Source: Chrysomallon squamiferum
Lineage: Eukaryota; Animalia; Mollusca
Direction: 5' to 3'
Assembly (NCBI GenBank): GCA_012295275.1
Contig: CM022675.1
Location: 4,216,001 to 4,280,000 of the forward strand
DNA length: 64,000 nucleotides
Within the stretch, counting starts at the first letter, position 1. Every line of letters starts with the position of its first letter. The position numbers and the translations under genes are program-made. This document shows positions 42,320 to 57,092 of the stretch, one piece after another. Below the pieces are notes generated by a model that was not told the DNA's origin, did not search any database, and saw only the letters and a list, made by a program, of their open reading frames with translations.

Positions 42320-42458
42320 ATTTATTTATTTATTTTCTTAATTGCCCCTAAGAAGTTGTTGATGAAGAAAACATTCTTGTAAATGGTTCAAGTATAATGT
42401 TGTGGGATTTAAATAGAATGATAGGAGCTTTAACTTACATCTATGAGAGGAGATTAAA

Positions 42459-42550
42459 GGGTGTGTGGGAAGTGGCTCAGTGGTTAGAGCATATGCATGA
42501 CACATGAATGGTAGGATCAAACCTCATCAGTGGTCAAATTCCCATTCTAA
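42459..42550 (+). mobile_element. tRNA-derived SINE head fragment
   Basis: A box TGGCTCAGTGG (42473-42483) and B-box-like GGATCAAACC (42514-42523). Does not give a convincing cloverleaf. Confidence 0.6.
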
Positions 42551-42678
42551 CCTATTATCTGTGTTAATAAATCAGTAAATAACAAGACAAATATGTAAAT
42601 AAATAAATAAATAAATAAATAAAGAATAAATGATTGTATTAATATCAAAATTGAAATATATGTTACTTTGATAATATA

Positions 42679-44962
42679 GGGTCATTCCGTGTCAAATCAC
42701 CCAATGGTTTAAACCCGATCATCGAGTAAGACATTGTAGGCCTACCTGTATGCATAAAGTTCACATATAAAAGATTCCTGGGTATAATATTTTTTGTTTA
42801 GCCATAATAGAGATTTAAAAAAATGCATACCTGCATGGATGATTGATACAATGCATTACAATGTACATTTTCTCTGAGACTAAAAACTCCTCTTTGGAGT
42901 TAAAACCCACCTGACATGTCTGAAGGAATGCCTGAAAGATATGAAAAGATGCCAAATGGCATGACATGTTCTACACAATCAGGCTCAAAGGGTTAACAGG
43001 AAGTGATGCTTCAGGCAGGTCAGAAATTCCTTTAGATCCCCTGGTGCAATCCCCATTGAGCACATGGCAATTAGAAGTTTAAGAAAAAGAAGTTTCTTCA
43101 TCTGCATTTCTTTGACAATTTGAAGCTTTTTAACTTGGACACAATGTCAGATGTTGATATATAAACATTTTTATTTCATAAAACCTATTAAGTAATTTTA
43201 TCATGTCATGTGGGCCTTGCCATTGGTTTTGAACAAGGTTTCAGTCAACAACAGTACAACCCAGTCTGAAATCAGACGTCATCAAGTGATGTACTGCATA
43301 ATGTATTTGTACACCCAGTCTTCGGCACAGAGTATGAACAAGGTCTACTTCACCTTAATAAACTGTGATTTATACTTGAGAAGATTGACATAAATGCCCA
43401 AGACTTGTGGGCCTTTGGCAATAACACATGTACTCTGCTGCCATTTTATGACCTGCTTAACTTTACTGAAACGGTTTCAGCACTGACTTTGTTCTATTGA
43501 ATTGAAGGTGCAGGCCAATAATGAAAATCCTTATTTCTTCCAAGGCTAACTGCAGCTTTAACTCTCCTGAAAATGTGTGTTATCAACACCATCATATCAA
43601 AAAGGAGTTGTTGCGAAGTGTATGGAAAACTGAGGAAGTCGAACTCCTCACTCTTTGAAGTGGGATCGAAACACGGGACATCAAGAGTATCATGAACAAG
43701 AACTTTTCATCAAATTTTCAACATTGCAGAAAAACTTTGTTGTGATCCCCTTAATCGCCACCCTGAGCAAGCACGCACTAGATCTTTAAGAATTGTTAGC
43801 ATGGGCACTTACAAATGCTTAGTAAATCCTCCAAAGACACTAGTGCCAGGAGACAAGTTGTGCTGTGACTGTCTGATTACCATTCAGAAATCAAAGGTCC
43901 TGCAGAAGATGGCTTTAGTATGGGTGGTATTACAATGGGAGAATTTGGTGATAACTTGCCAGACAAATCGCTGGTTGTTGTTTCCCAAGAAAAGGACTTT
44001 GATTTGAATTCTATTCTGTTGAGTTTAGGCGAAACTCCTGTCAAACTCCATTCTCTAGCACATTCCAGTAAATGAATGAAAGGACAGAAAAAAACTAGCA
44101 TCAGCTACAGTAACATTAAAATGACATCATAATGTCTGAATCCTATGTGCAAATCTTGATTTTGTCACCCTTTACCATTGAAAGGACAATGAATTGAAGG
44201 AGGAAATAATCCAATTTTATGAAAGTGATGAGAACAGTAGAATGTGTCTGGGAATGAAGGATACAGTGAGCATTTGAAACAAACATAGTGAGACGGTTAA
44301 GCATCAGAAACACCTAGTTCTCTCAGATTTATGTGAACTTTATGCATACATGTAGGCCTACAATGTCTTACTTGATGATCAAGAAAGATGGTGATCCCTA
44401 GCATCCAGAATTGATCATTCAGGTTTTAGTTAATCAGATGTTAATGGCTGAAAAGGTGTTATTTTCATGTATGTGCATTTTTTAAATCTATATTGTGGCT
44501 AAACAAAAAATATTACACCCAGGAAACTTTTATATGTTTTAGTTAACATGTGGGAGATTAAATTTCAATAAAGGTCATCTCAAGATCACGTGATCCACAC
44601 GGCCAATTTCAAGGTCATAGCAAAGGTCAAAAGGTCAAGGTACTCCAATATTTTCCAAACTAAACAAAAATGGCAGATTTGGTATCCTTGTCATTTTGCC
44701 TTTCTAACAATACCAATTTTATGAAGATTGGCCCAGTAGTTCCTGAGATATGAGGGTTCTAAGGTTGGTGGTCACACCCATTTTTGGCAAAAATCTCAAA
44801 TTTCGTAGGGCTGTATCTCCCACACCACTGATCTGATTGGGCTAACATTTCAGATTTGGTGCTGTGGGATCCCAGTCAACAAGTATACCAAGTTTCATAA
44901 AAATCTGAGACGGTCGGGTTTAAATTTCTTTTTTTTTGGGGTGATTTGACACGGAATGACCC
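42679..44962 (+). mobile_element. Decayed, internally deleted Sola2-like DNA transposon (2284 bp)
   Basis: Perfect 24-bp TIR GGGTCATTCCGTGTCAAATCACCC, flanked by TATA on both sides. Interrupted transposase pieces CCDPLNRH...LRIVS...LVPGDKLCCDC, LNSILLSLGETPVK and IQFYESDENSRMCLGMKDTVSI*...KHQKHLVLSDLCELY match Sola2-type motifs as I recall them. The catalytic region is absent. Confidence 0.8.
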
Positions 44963-45081
44963 TATATGATTATTTCAAAAAAAGAAGTTATATATCTTCA
45001 GTCAGAAATGTGTTACTATGGTTACTGTCATCAGCTGTACATTCATCTCAGTTATTTATCAATGATGAGTTTATTAAAATC

Positions 45082-45315
45082 AGTGGTATGTGTTGTCCTG
45101 TCTCCTACAGTGGACAGATAAAAGAATCCTTGATGCTGTTAAGAAAAAAGTTTATCTTCAGGCAGCAGACTTTTTATTTTTTTTTAATTTATAAAAATTT
45201 GTTACATCTGTAACGTTATATGACTGACAGTGTGTGAGGGAACTAATCTCTGTTTGACGTTGTTTTTAAAAATGTGTTAAGTGTCGTGTTAAACATGTCT
45301 TTCCTTCCTTCCTTC
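45082..45315 (+). mobile_element. SINE body/3' tail fragment
   Basis: GTGGTATGTGTTGTCCTGTC...ATAAAAGAATCCTTGATGCT...AAAATGTGTTAAGTGTCGTGTTAAACA, ending in (TTCC)n. Homologous to 29009-29218. Confidence 0.6.
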
Positions 45316-45341
45316 TTTGTTCACTGAGTTTAAAATACAAA

Positions 45342-45384
<43 letters not shown>

Positions 45385-45715
45385 AAAGACAAGTAATAAA
45401 TTCATTGTTACTGAAAATTTCATTATCACTTTTCCAAAAGCTATTCCAAATATGTATTAAAAAAGATAAATAAATAAAAATAATAATAATAATAATAATG
45501 AAAAAGATTATAGATAATATAGATTTTCCCAGTAATATTATTTGCTCCATATTAAAGGCTCATAAAAAGTGGCCAATAGATAAATTAATAACAGTAACAG
45601 TTTAGTAATTTAGATAATGACTACTTGTACTTAAAATGTTTGATGATTCATGGTTGAAAGTTCATCAAAAATATCCAGCAATCAAAACAGTAGTACGTAT
45701 TAATGTGTGTGTGTA

Positions 45716-45781
<66 letters not shown>

Positions 45782-46213
45782 ATCAAAAACATTAATATAT
45801 ATCAAAAACATGGTTAGTGAAATTATGTTTTAAAATTGTAAAGCAGTGGATCTGTTCTTGATGTGATGCTGAACAAAATGTCTGTCTGTCTGTCTGTGTA
45901 TATACATACATACACTCATACTCACAAACATATTCATACATAAATACATATATATGTATGTAGATATGTAAATACACACATCCATATAAACAAGCATGTA
46001 CATATAGATAGGTAAATACATATGTATACATACAAATGTACAAACATACATATGATATATAGCTATACATACACAACACACACACACACACACAGACCCT
46101 CACACATACATTCATGCATACATACATATATACACACATACATACTTACATACACATACAAACATACACACATACATACATACATACACACAGATATACA
46201 GACACACACACAT

Positions 46214-46290
<77 letters not shown>

Positions 46291-46882
46291 AACATACATT
46301 ATAGACATACAAAAATATTTACATTTCCTTCTTCATATTAAATTTCATTAGTCATCCTTTCACAAGTGTTAGATTCCAAACTTACATAAATTTCACCATT
46401 TTACTGAGAGTAAAAACACAACTAAACACTGGTTTTATTTTCAGTCTTCACTGATCATTTTAACATCTGCTTTTACTAAAGGGGTTCTCGTTTTAAACAG
46501 TAGTCAAAATATTTACCTGTAATCTACTTTCAACAAATCTGTGCTATTTTCTCACCTGCAATCAATAACACCTGTGCATTGTACAGTTTACCTTGAAGGT
46601 AAGCCAAACAAGGACAAAGAAATAAAAAGATGAGGGTGTATTTAGTTAAGTGGTTAAAGTGTTGCTTGAGGCATGGCATGTCAGTGGATCAATTCTTCTT
46701 TAAGTGGATAAAATTGAGAAGAAATGTTTTATTTACTGAGATAGTGTGAACATATTTATTTAATATTATTACATTTGTAATTAGTATTATTACTATTGAC
46801 ATTATTATTGTTATTATTATTGCTGTTGTCATTATTATTATTGTTGTTGTTGTCATTATTATTACTATTATTATTATTATTG

Positions 46883-46938
<56 letters not shown>

Positions 46939-47097
46939 GTCATTATTAATTTTCATGAAAATTACTATTTTCTTTCTTCTTCCTTTTTTAATTTTAATTT
47001 ATTTATTTATTTATTTATTATATTTATTTATAATATTTATTTTATTTATTGTTTTTTTTTATTATTATTAATTTTTAATTTTTTTTTACATAGTTTA

Positions 47098-47254
47098 AAG
47101 GAAGAGGGACAGAAAATGCTTTGTGTAACAGCACAGCCAAAACATTTTATTTATGTTCAAGGATTATTCAGACAAAGAGAAAAAAAAAACCTGCCTGTAA
47201 CATTTCATGGTCTACTTTTTTTCATTCAGCCTCAAGGGATCTTTTATATGCACT
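47098..47254 (-). mobile_element. SINE body/3' tail fragment
   Basis: AACATTTTATTTA...CAAGGGATCTTTTATATGCAC on +, the reverse complement of the same SINE body motif. Confidence 0.55.
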
Positions 47255-48038
47255 TTTATATGTACTTTTAAATACTTTTTTGCAGTGTAAAATAAATAAT
47301 TCTATTAATAGCTAATTTTAACATCGTGTCTCCTTGTGGTTGTCATGGCAGTTATCTGACATGTTAATTATCTTTATAAAAAGAGATTATCTAGTTTCTG
47401 TAGGGAGAGTGTTTTGTCCAGCTGTCTGTTCATCTGTTACAATATCCATCCAGTTGACTCTCACATCATTTATCATCCAGCTGCCATTTATAAATGTAAT
47501 CATCCATTTGTTTCTCGGTACAGGTCTGTCCAGCCTTCCATTCATCCATCTGTCCCTCTATAGAACAATCTGTCTGTCCATCATTCCAGAAATGTATCCA
47601 TCTCTTTCTCAACTGAAACTTTTCTATCCATCCTTCATTGATTGGTATATTCATCTATCCATCTGTCAATCCAATTTTTAATCCATCTATCCATTCATCT
47701 GTCCCTCCATTCATGCATCCATCAATTTAATATCAACACATAAATAAATATCCACTTTCTACTCCTCCATCAGTTTATCATCTGTCATTCCACCTATTCA
47801 TCCATCCATCCATCCATCCTTTCTTTCCTCTATTAACATATTCATTTAATCATCCATTTGTCATTCCATCCTTTTATTCGTCCAATCATCAATACATTCA
47901 TCCATCTATCCATCTATCCAGCCATTCAACCATTACTCAGTCTGTTTTGTTTTCTGTTGTTCCACTTCAAATACAATATTTATTTTGGCACATATTGCCT
48001 GCCACAAGCAATCAATAATATTTTTCTTTATTCTATAA

Positions 48039-48076
<38 letters not shown>

Positions 48077-48280
48077 CATGCAGCATATGGAGCAGGAATC
48101 CATTTTTAAAATTGAGGAAGGAGAAGAGGGAAGGAAGGAAGAATAAAAAAAAATCAATAAATAGCTCATTCATAACTTATTTGTTAGGATCAATACTTGA
48201 ATTGATTAAGCTGCCATCTCTAGCAGACCTCGATTCAGACACAAGCTAAAACAAAACACCAGACTATTCTAAAATCCAAA

Positions 48281-48326
48281 ATGTCCGACAGTCACTCGGA
48301 TACCTTGCAGAACATTTCAGAAAAAG
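48281..48326 (+). CDS. Candidate short first coding exon (MSDSHSDTLQNISEK-)
   Basis: CAAAATG start context, 46 nt open, donor AAG|GTAAAA, and local CpG retention inside the CpG-poor domain. No recognisable homology. Confidence 0.3.
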
Positions 48327-48777
48327 GTAAAATTTGGCTAGAAATGTGTTTTGTGTTACATTGTCAGTTGAAAGCCAGCAATATTTATGATTGCGAAGAC
48401 ATTTTTACTCTTTTTTTTATGTTTGTCTGTTTCAGCAGTGAATGACAAAAACTGATGAAAATATTTTTAAAATGATTTGTGCAATGGCTAGTGTTTGTTA
48501 GTGTTGAGTTGACAAAATTTCTAATGACTGTTTAAGTAAATTTGTTTTAATTTTGATATTAATGTTAAGAGAAAAGGTGAAGCTTTGTTTAGGCCACACC
48601 AATTTTTATAATGTTTATAGTGAAATAGAATTTAAATGAAGTCTTTGGTATATTTCTTGCTATTTTTCTGTTGCTTTTTCTTTTTTCCTTCTAAAATAAC
48701 ACTGTTCAGTTGTTATAATAATAATTTTATAAGGAAATTAATTATGATTGTTTTGGGGGTTTATTTATTTATTATTT

Positions 48778-48832
<55 letters not shown>

Positions 48833-50358
48833 TTATTATTATTATATATATTTTTTAAATTAATATTGGTTATACCACAGATATTTCTAATTTGAGAATT
48901 TGAGAATAGTTATTATGTTTTATAATTAGCTACTTTTCTGGTATTTTTGTAAAACTGACAAAATTCCATGGCTGTTAAAATTAACAGCTATTATCACTGG
49001 TGTTAAAATTAACAGCTATTATCACTGGTGTTAATTATGCTGCAGAAATTCTAACATATCATTTTTAAAAAGTAGATTATGTTACAATAACTTGAACTTG
49101 ATAAATACTGGTAGGATTTCTTATTTATGTATTTATTTATTTATTTAGTTATCATCATCATCATCATCATTACTAAGAACATTTCTTAACTTTTGATAAA
49201 ACAGACAAATTGCTTTGCATATTAATTTCATGATAAATAAATCATTTATTTATTTAATTATTTATTTATTTATTTATTGTTGTTGTTGTTATTGTTGTTT
49301 TTTATTTTATTTATTTATTTATTTATTGTTGTTGTTGTTGTTATTATTGTTATTACTGTTATTTTATTTATTTATTTATTTATTTTAATTAGGAATATAA
49401 ACCTGATAAAATTCTGTAATTAGTGTTATTTTTATTTTTTAGTTTTTGTTATATTTACATTCTGCTTGAATTCACCTGGGTTAGGCTCATTAATTTGGTA
49501 AATGGAGCATGAATTTAACAAACAACATTTACAGCTAATGGCCATGCAATTAACCATTTTGTTCTTACATAAAATATTTTTGTAGTTACTAGCATTTCTC
49601 TACAATTAAAATGCATTCACACATACAATGAAACCCAACACATTGTTGTACATATTTCTATATATCTAATTATTCATTTGAAGTGTTGACATACACACAC
49701 ATGTATACCCATACATGCATATATACACACAAACACATACATGGACACACACACACTCTTACAAATACAAATACATATGAATATACACCAACACACACAC
49801 ACACAAATATGTATATCTATATACAGACACAGATACACATACACATTCATAAATGTATGCATGCACATACATAAATATACACATAACCACATAACAACAT
49901 TCTTCTAATTGTTACTTTATGCTTTAATATGAAACATACAGACAAACAGACATATGTAATATTTATTGTGCATATTTCTGTGTATTATTTTATTAAACTG
50001 ATATTACACACACACACACAAACACACACACAGATATTTACAAAAATGTAATATTGTTACTTGTACCTATTTTATATATTTGTATTTATGAGGTTGAATA
50101 TACATGACTGCGTGTATTGCTTACTATCTGTCTGTCTATCTACTGAGTCTTTTTTAATTCTGTAGATCTAATTATTTATCTGTGTCCATCTACATAGCCT
50201 CCCTTCAACCATCTTTTCTTAACTGTAATATAATCCATCATCTCTTTATGTGCCTACCTATCTACCAGCACATCTGTTAGAATATACAGAATAAATACAT
50301 ATGTACATTCATATATATTCTGCCTCTCTCACTCTCTCTCTCTCTAATTGATATTACA

Positions 50359-50389
<31 letters not shown>

Positions 50390-50456
50390 GTAATATTGTT
50401 ATATGTACTTATATTAAAGTATTTGAATTTATGACATGTACATTCATATATATTCT

Positions 50457-50513
<57 letters not shown>

Positions 50514-52163
50514 ATTTATATTAGTTAATACCTATTTATACATACACATTTTTTTAAAACCACTATGAATTTTGGATGTAACATGTAAAAAGACAAAAGA
50601 ACATTTGTTAGTGTAGTTGTTCCTGGTTTCTGCTCTGTTGGAAATGGAACACAGAGACTGGAAATTGATCTGAAACAGAGAAATGTCAGTTTGTCCTGTT
50701 ACTCACAGACTACTCAAACAATGAGTAACACACCACTGTCAGCTTATTCAATGATCTGTGAATAAATGAATAATACAAATACTGTTAGAGGGATTTGTAA
50801 GATAAATAACAAAATAACACTGATTAAAAATAAATAAATAAATAGATGGCTAAATAAATAAAAATAAATTGATAGAAAAATGAATTAAAATAAATAAATA
50901 AACAAATAATGTATAATGTTTTAAACAGTAATTAATATTAAATATTTATGTTGTTTGATTTTAGTATTAATCAAGAATAAATTATTTTTAATTAGATTAT
51001 AATTGCAAAAATAAAATAATCATTAAATAATATAAAATAAAATAATAAAAATTTAAGAGATTAAAATATCTTTTACTACTATAAAATGACAACAACAATA
51101 AATTAAAAAAAAAGAAGAAGAAATAACTTGTAGGTAAAAAATAAAATTCTTTAAATAAAAAATAAATTAATTAATTTAAAAAAAAAAAAAAAAAATTAAG
51201 AAAAAAAAAACAAAAAAAACATTTACATACAAAATTATGATTACCTGTTTCTTACAAAAATCTACATTCAGGTAACAGCATGATTATTTTTAAAAAATTG
51301 TGATATCTTCAGGTAAGAATATGTGTTAATATGCTAAAATACAGGTTAACAGATATATATCTGATGTGTTACTATGGTTACATGCACATAAGAATGTGAT
51401 TGTTTGAAAAAGAATGATATAATATCTTCAGGTAAAACTGCGTTACCATGGTTACTGTCATCAGCTGTGGTAGCCTAAAGATATATTTCACGTTTAATTT
51501 TTCATAAATCACTTTGTTTAATAAAACACAGCTCAGATCTCACTTTTGATCAATATACTACTTCTTTTTTCTTTTCTTTCTTTTTTTTTGTAATATTACA
51601 TGTTACTCATCAATATACTTTGATTTTCTAATATTAGTTTTTACCAATATATTTTTTGTTTTTGTCAATATTACATTATTATTCATCAATATATGCTGCT
51701 TTTTAAAAAAATAATATTACATGGTTATTTATCAGAAGATTTTTGTTTTTGTATTATTAATTATTATTATGCATCAATATACTTTGTTTTTGTAATATTT
51801 CATATTATTGTTGATCAATATTTTTTGATTTTATAATGTTAATGTTGTAATTGATCAGTGTGTTTTTTGTTTGTTTGTTTGGAATATTACAGGTAATTGT
51901 CTGTTGCCTGCAGTTCTGTTGTTTGATGCAAACTAATTGTGCTTTGGTTTATGACTTTATATTACTGATGTCACAAAAACAGGTTTCATTAACAAACAGA
52001 GGGGAAAACAAATAATTGTTGAAGATTTTTGGTATTGACTTGTTACAGGAATCTTTAGAGAAACCAAACATGGTAGAGTGGGGGGAGAATTGACAAAATG
52101 GATCAGTTTTAGAACAGCATCAATGAAACAGATAATTGTTTCCTTTAAAATGATAAAAACTGA

Positions 52164-52243
<80 letters not shown>

Positions 52244-52768
52244 AAAAAAAAAGAGAGAAAGAAAGAAAATGAGAGAATGGGTTAGTTAAATTAACAGTAA
52301 CTTTTCTACTGTTTTTATTCATTATCTTTGTTTGAATTTTCAATAAACCATTAAAAAATTGTACCAACTGAAGAATGCAGCTGAACAAAGGAGAAAAGAG
52401 ACTAAAAGTTTATAATGAAATAAAACTGAAAACAAATTTAAATGTTTTATTTTTAGAATTATTTTTTGCCATTTGAGTAGTTTGAAGACGAATGGTTTTG
52501 TTGATTAGAACTGAAAAGACTCAAAGTTTATGTATTAAACAGAAAATTGCTTCTGTCATTTCTGAAAGTTATGTCTAGAGTAGATTTTATTTTTATTTTA
52601 AATGTAAGCTTCTATATATATTCACTTTTATAAACATACATATGTATTCACACACACACACGCACACACACACACACGTATATAAACATGCATGTATACA
52701 AACATGAGTAAATACTATATACATAAACACATATACATATAAACAGTTAGGTGCATTGACAAACACAA

Positions 52769-52869
<101 letters not shown>

Positions 52870-53917
52870 CATATACACACATATACATATAGCAAGAGAA
52901 CATCAGGTATATATACACACACTCTCACATGCACACAATTAAATATAATCATAGTAATCATAATACAATGTAAACACTCACACAAAACAACAAAAGAACA
53001 AATTAACAGCAGATACAAAGAGCTGGTTTTGTCTGCTTCCACTAACACAGTCAGACACAGAGACACGAGTCACAGTTATTGATTGAAACATGCAAGGAAA
53101 ATCTACTGAGATAATTTGCCATGAATAATTAGTTTCTATAAATAACCAAAGTTCCACTGCATTTGTTGCATTTGCACAGGAGGAAGTACTTAGTTATCTG
53201 CCCTTTAGGGCTTGTACCTGTTTGAGATAAAGAGATAAAGATAAATGTAACTCTCATAGCTGCTAACTTGTAGATAGTTTTCTGTTGGTTTCCTTGTTGT
53301 ATATAAGAATATATATATATATATATAGAATGATAGATAGATAGATATAGATATAGATATATATATATATAGATATAGATATAATAGATATATACATACA
53401 TAGATATAAATAAACATACATATACAAACACATATGTATATACACGCACATATACACACAGACACATATGATAGTAAAATTAGTTACCTCATTAAATAGT
53501 TTATTTCACAGTTGTTAGTATATTGTAGATACAAGTACAACACACACTCACACACACACACACACAGACACACAGACACACTCACACACTCACACACACA
53601 CACAAACACACACTCACACACACATATAAATATACATACAAACAAGAGAAAAAAACGACAAGACTAATTAAATGTGAAATTAAAAAAAGAAGAAGATAAA
53701 TTCATTTATCAAAAAAATAAAAATTAAAAATAAAAAGAGTTCCCTCAGAAGTAAAGTGGAAACTTCATCAAAACAGAGAGGTTTAGTTTTGAAGAATTTC
53801 CTTCAGAGTAAAAAGTTTATTTTTCTTAGACATGAGCCAATTAAAAAAAACAAAAAAACTGTTTAGTGAGACCTGACAGAGCCAGTCCTTCTTTCCACCA
53901 CGTGTCTCACTTCCACA

Positions 53918-53931
53918 GCGCCCTCTGCTGG
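53918..53931 (-). promoter_or_regulatory. CTCF core motif CCAGCAGAGGGCGC
   Basis: Exact match to the CCASYAGRKGGCRS consensus, with an adjacent E-box CACGTG (53899-53904). Confidence 0.6.
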
Positions 53932-54802
53932 AGTTTAACTTAATGAAGGAAAGGTAATTTGCTCTGAGATTTCAAGATCCTGCTTGAGATGAGATCAGCT
54001 TGGAAAGTTTTGTGTAATTTTAGAGTGAAACTGCAAAATAACGATGAAAAAAATGTGGAGACAGGCTAATGATTTTTCATTTTTTGTTTTTTTGAAACTG
54101 AGAATGAGTTTTTGTATAAAGTTGTATGTAAAGATTTTAAAAACATTAGTTTGATTGTTTTAGGTTGTTGGTCAATTAGAATATATATATACAATCAACA
54201 ATGAACACACACAGACATGTACATACGTACACGTTTGTACATTCATATATATATATATACACACAAACACATACACACAAGAACACACACACACACACAC
54301 ACATATACACACCCAAAAATAAATATATACAAATGCTGGCAAAATGGACATAAAAAATAACAGATATTCACAACTTAGCATAAACACAAAAATACCACTG
54401 CACACACACACACACACACACACATTCAGTCACACATATTATATAAACACATGCAGACAAAGATGGATACTTAAAATGTAAAAAGTCAGCCACACACACC
54501 ATTAAACAATCAGCCGAACAAATCTGAATTCGTTTCTCTGTTATTGATTTGTGTGGTCAGCATAATGTGAAAAGTGAGATGTCCAGACATCTGCTGGACA
54601 CTGGCCAGTTTATTTACTTTGAGACCCCTCAGTTAGCTGTACAGTGATGTGAACAAAAACTGGTAATATTTCATCTCACAACCTGAAAAGTTATCATCTG
54701 TTGATATATCTATTTTTAGCTCTCCTCATTTTCTCATCTGTCTGTATGTTTGTCTGTTTCTCTGACTCTCAGTCTGTCTGTTAGTATCTGTGTGTATGTA
54801 TG

Positions 54803-54850
<48 letters not shown>

Positions 54851-55328
54851 CTCTCTCTAGATATTTTTCTTTTTCTCTCTCTCTTTTTAGACTCTCAAGA
54901 TATTTTCAGATTTTCAAATACAGTTTTTTAGACAGAAAGTCACAGAGACAATTTACAAACAACCAAATAAACACACACACTCACATACACACAACATACA
55001 CACCTTCAAACACATAGACAAATAGACAACCTGACACAAACACACACACACACACCTACACAGACACAGCATGCACACACAGACATGCATGAACTAGAAA
55101 TAATAAAACGAAGAGTTTGATGATTATCTTGTCTGACACTGACTGTTTTGGTAAATGAAGTGTGTATGAAGTGTATATGAAGTGTACATGCACTTCACTG
55201 ATGTAACTGAACTCTGAGAACAACCTTGTTGAAAACATCAGTACATTTGTTATCAGTTAAGTCAGCTGAACTAACTGTGGAGTAAAACTGTAGTTATATT
55301 TTTTAGTTTTGTTTTTCTGCATTTTCTC

Positions 55329-55384
<56 letters not shown>

Positions 55385-55827
55385 CTTTTTCTTTCTCTCA
55401 CTCTCTCACACTTTCAGTCTCTCTATGAGTCTATCTCCATGAATATCTATGAACAGACACATACACAAAACATATTTACATATATACTTACATTCATACA
55501 AACATGCATAAATACATACAGACAATAATTAACTAGAAATCTTTGTGTGAGATAATATTCACACCTGTCACTGTTTACAGCCATGTAAATGTTTTTTTCA
55601 CGGTCTGCTGAATTCAACCGAAGGGTTTTTACATAGATCTAATTTCCTATCTGTACACATATAGTATGTTTTACATACAGCTACCATCATGCAGACACCC
55701 ACACACAGACACACAGACACACACACACAGCCACACACCCACAGTGGTCAAACTGTCAGAAACACACACTGTTATCTTCTCAAATTATTCATCATCTGAA
55801 TTCATTCAGTCACTTCTAGTATGTATA

Positions 55828-55864
<37 letters not shown>

Positions 55865-55979
55865 CTCTGCTTGTGTGTTTTTTATGTACAGAGCAAATGT
55901 ATGTGTATATGAATGAGGGAGGTATGTGTATGTGTGTCTGTGTATGTATAAGAGTGTGTGTGTAAATACATGAGTGTAA

Positions 55980-56016
<37 letters not shown>

Positions 56017-56185
56017 AAAGCAACAGAGATGGAGAAAGAGAATGAATATTTGAAGCAAAAATTCATGCTTTCTTTTTTCTCTCTTTTTTCTTTGTTTTAA
56101 TTCTTTTTATATCTCATTATTCTTCTGTTCTCTCTGTTTTCCTCCTCTCTCACTCTCTCTATCCTGTTCCTTTCTTTTTTCTAGG

Positions 56186-56252
<67 letters not shown>

Positions 56253-56568
56253 CTGTATGTCTTTATGTATGATTATTTAACCTTTCAACAACAAACTGGT
56301 CTAGGTTATGTGCTTTCTTCTTCCCCTTCATCTCCATTGAGAATTGCAAACATTTATTTATTTAACACAGACTGAACCAATGTAAGATATTTATAACACA
56401 GAGACAAGCTTTATCAGTTATTTTGCAGAGAAGAGTAAAAAAATACCACAGTTTTATCACCAGCAGAGAAAACATATCTGTTATTTATCATGAGATCACC
56501 ATTTGCTTCATCTGTGTTTTGTAGATGCTATTGCTAAAATAATTACATGTATGTGCCTGTGTGTTTTT

Positions 56569-56608
<40 letters not shown>

Positions 56609-57044
56609 ATTATACAAATACGCTGTAATTTTCTTTTTTATATCCAGATTTCAAATATTGTTTATCAAACGAAAAATAAAAAAAAATACCACATGCTAAT
56701 GAAGATATATTACAGGAGCCATTTATGAAATATTAATGACATTTGTTTTTTTTTTTTCATTTTGAACTTTTAACATTAATCAGGAAACTGATAATGTTAT
56801 AAGACAAATTTCCTTTTTATTTGAAAGTCTGAATTAATTAGAAAATATCAGTATAAATAAAAGAAGGCCTGGCTTCAATAAACTTATATGTTAAGCATGA
56901 ACTAGTACATTTATATATTTAACTAAAGAAATGTGACAGATTTATGAAAACTGTTCTGCCATCTTTTCTGTGTATTATTAATAGTTGCAGGATACATATC
57001 TACAAGGTCTCTTTTTCTCACTCTCTCTCTTCTTATATTTCTCT

Positions 57045-57092
<48 letters not shown>

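Noticed and set aside
42459-42550. Possible tRNA gene
   Set aside because: A/B boxes are present but there is no consistent cloverleaf. Matches the SINE head seen at 29190-29218.
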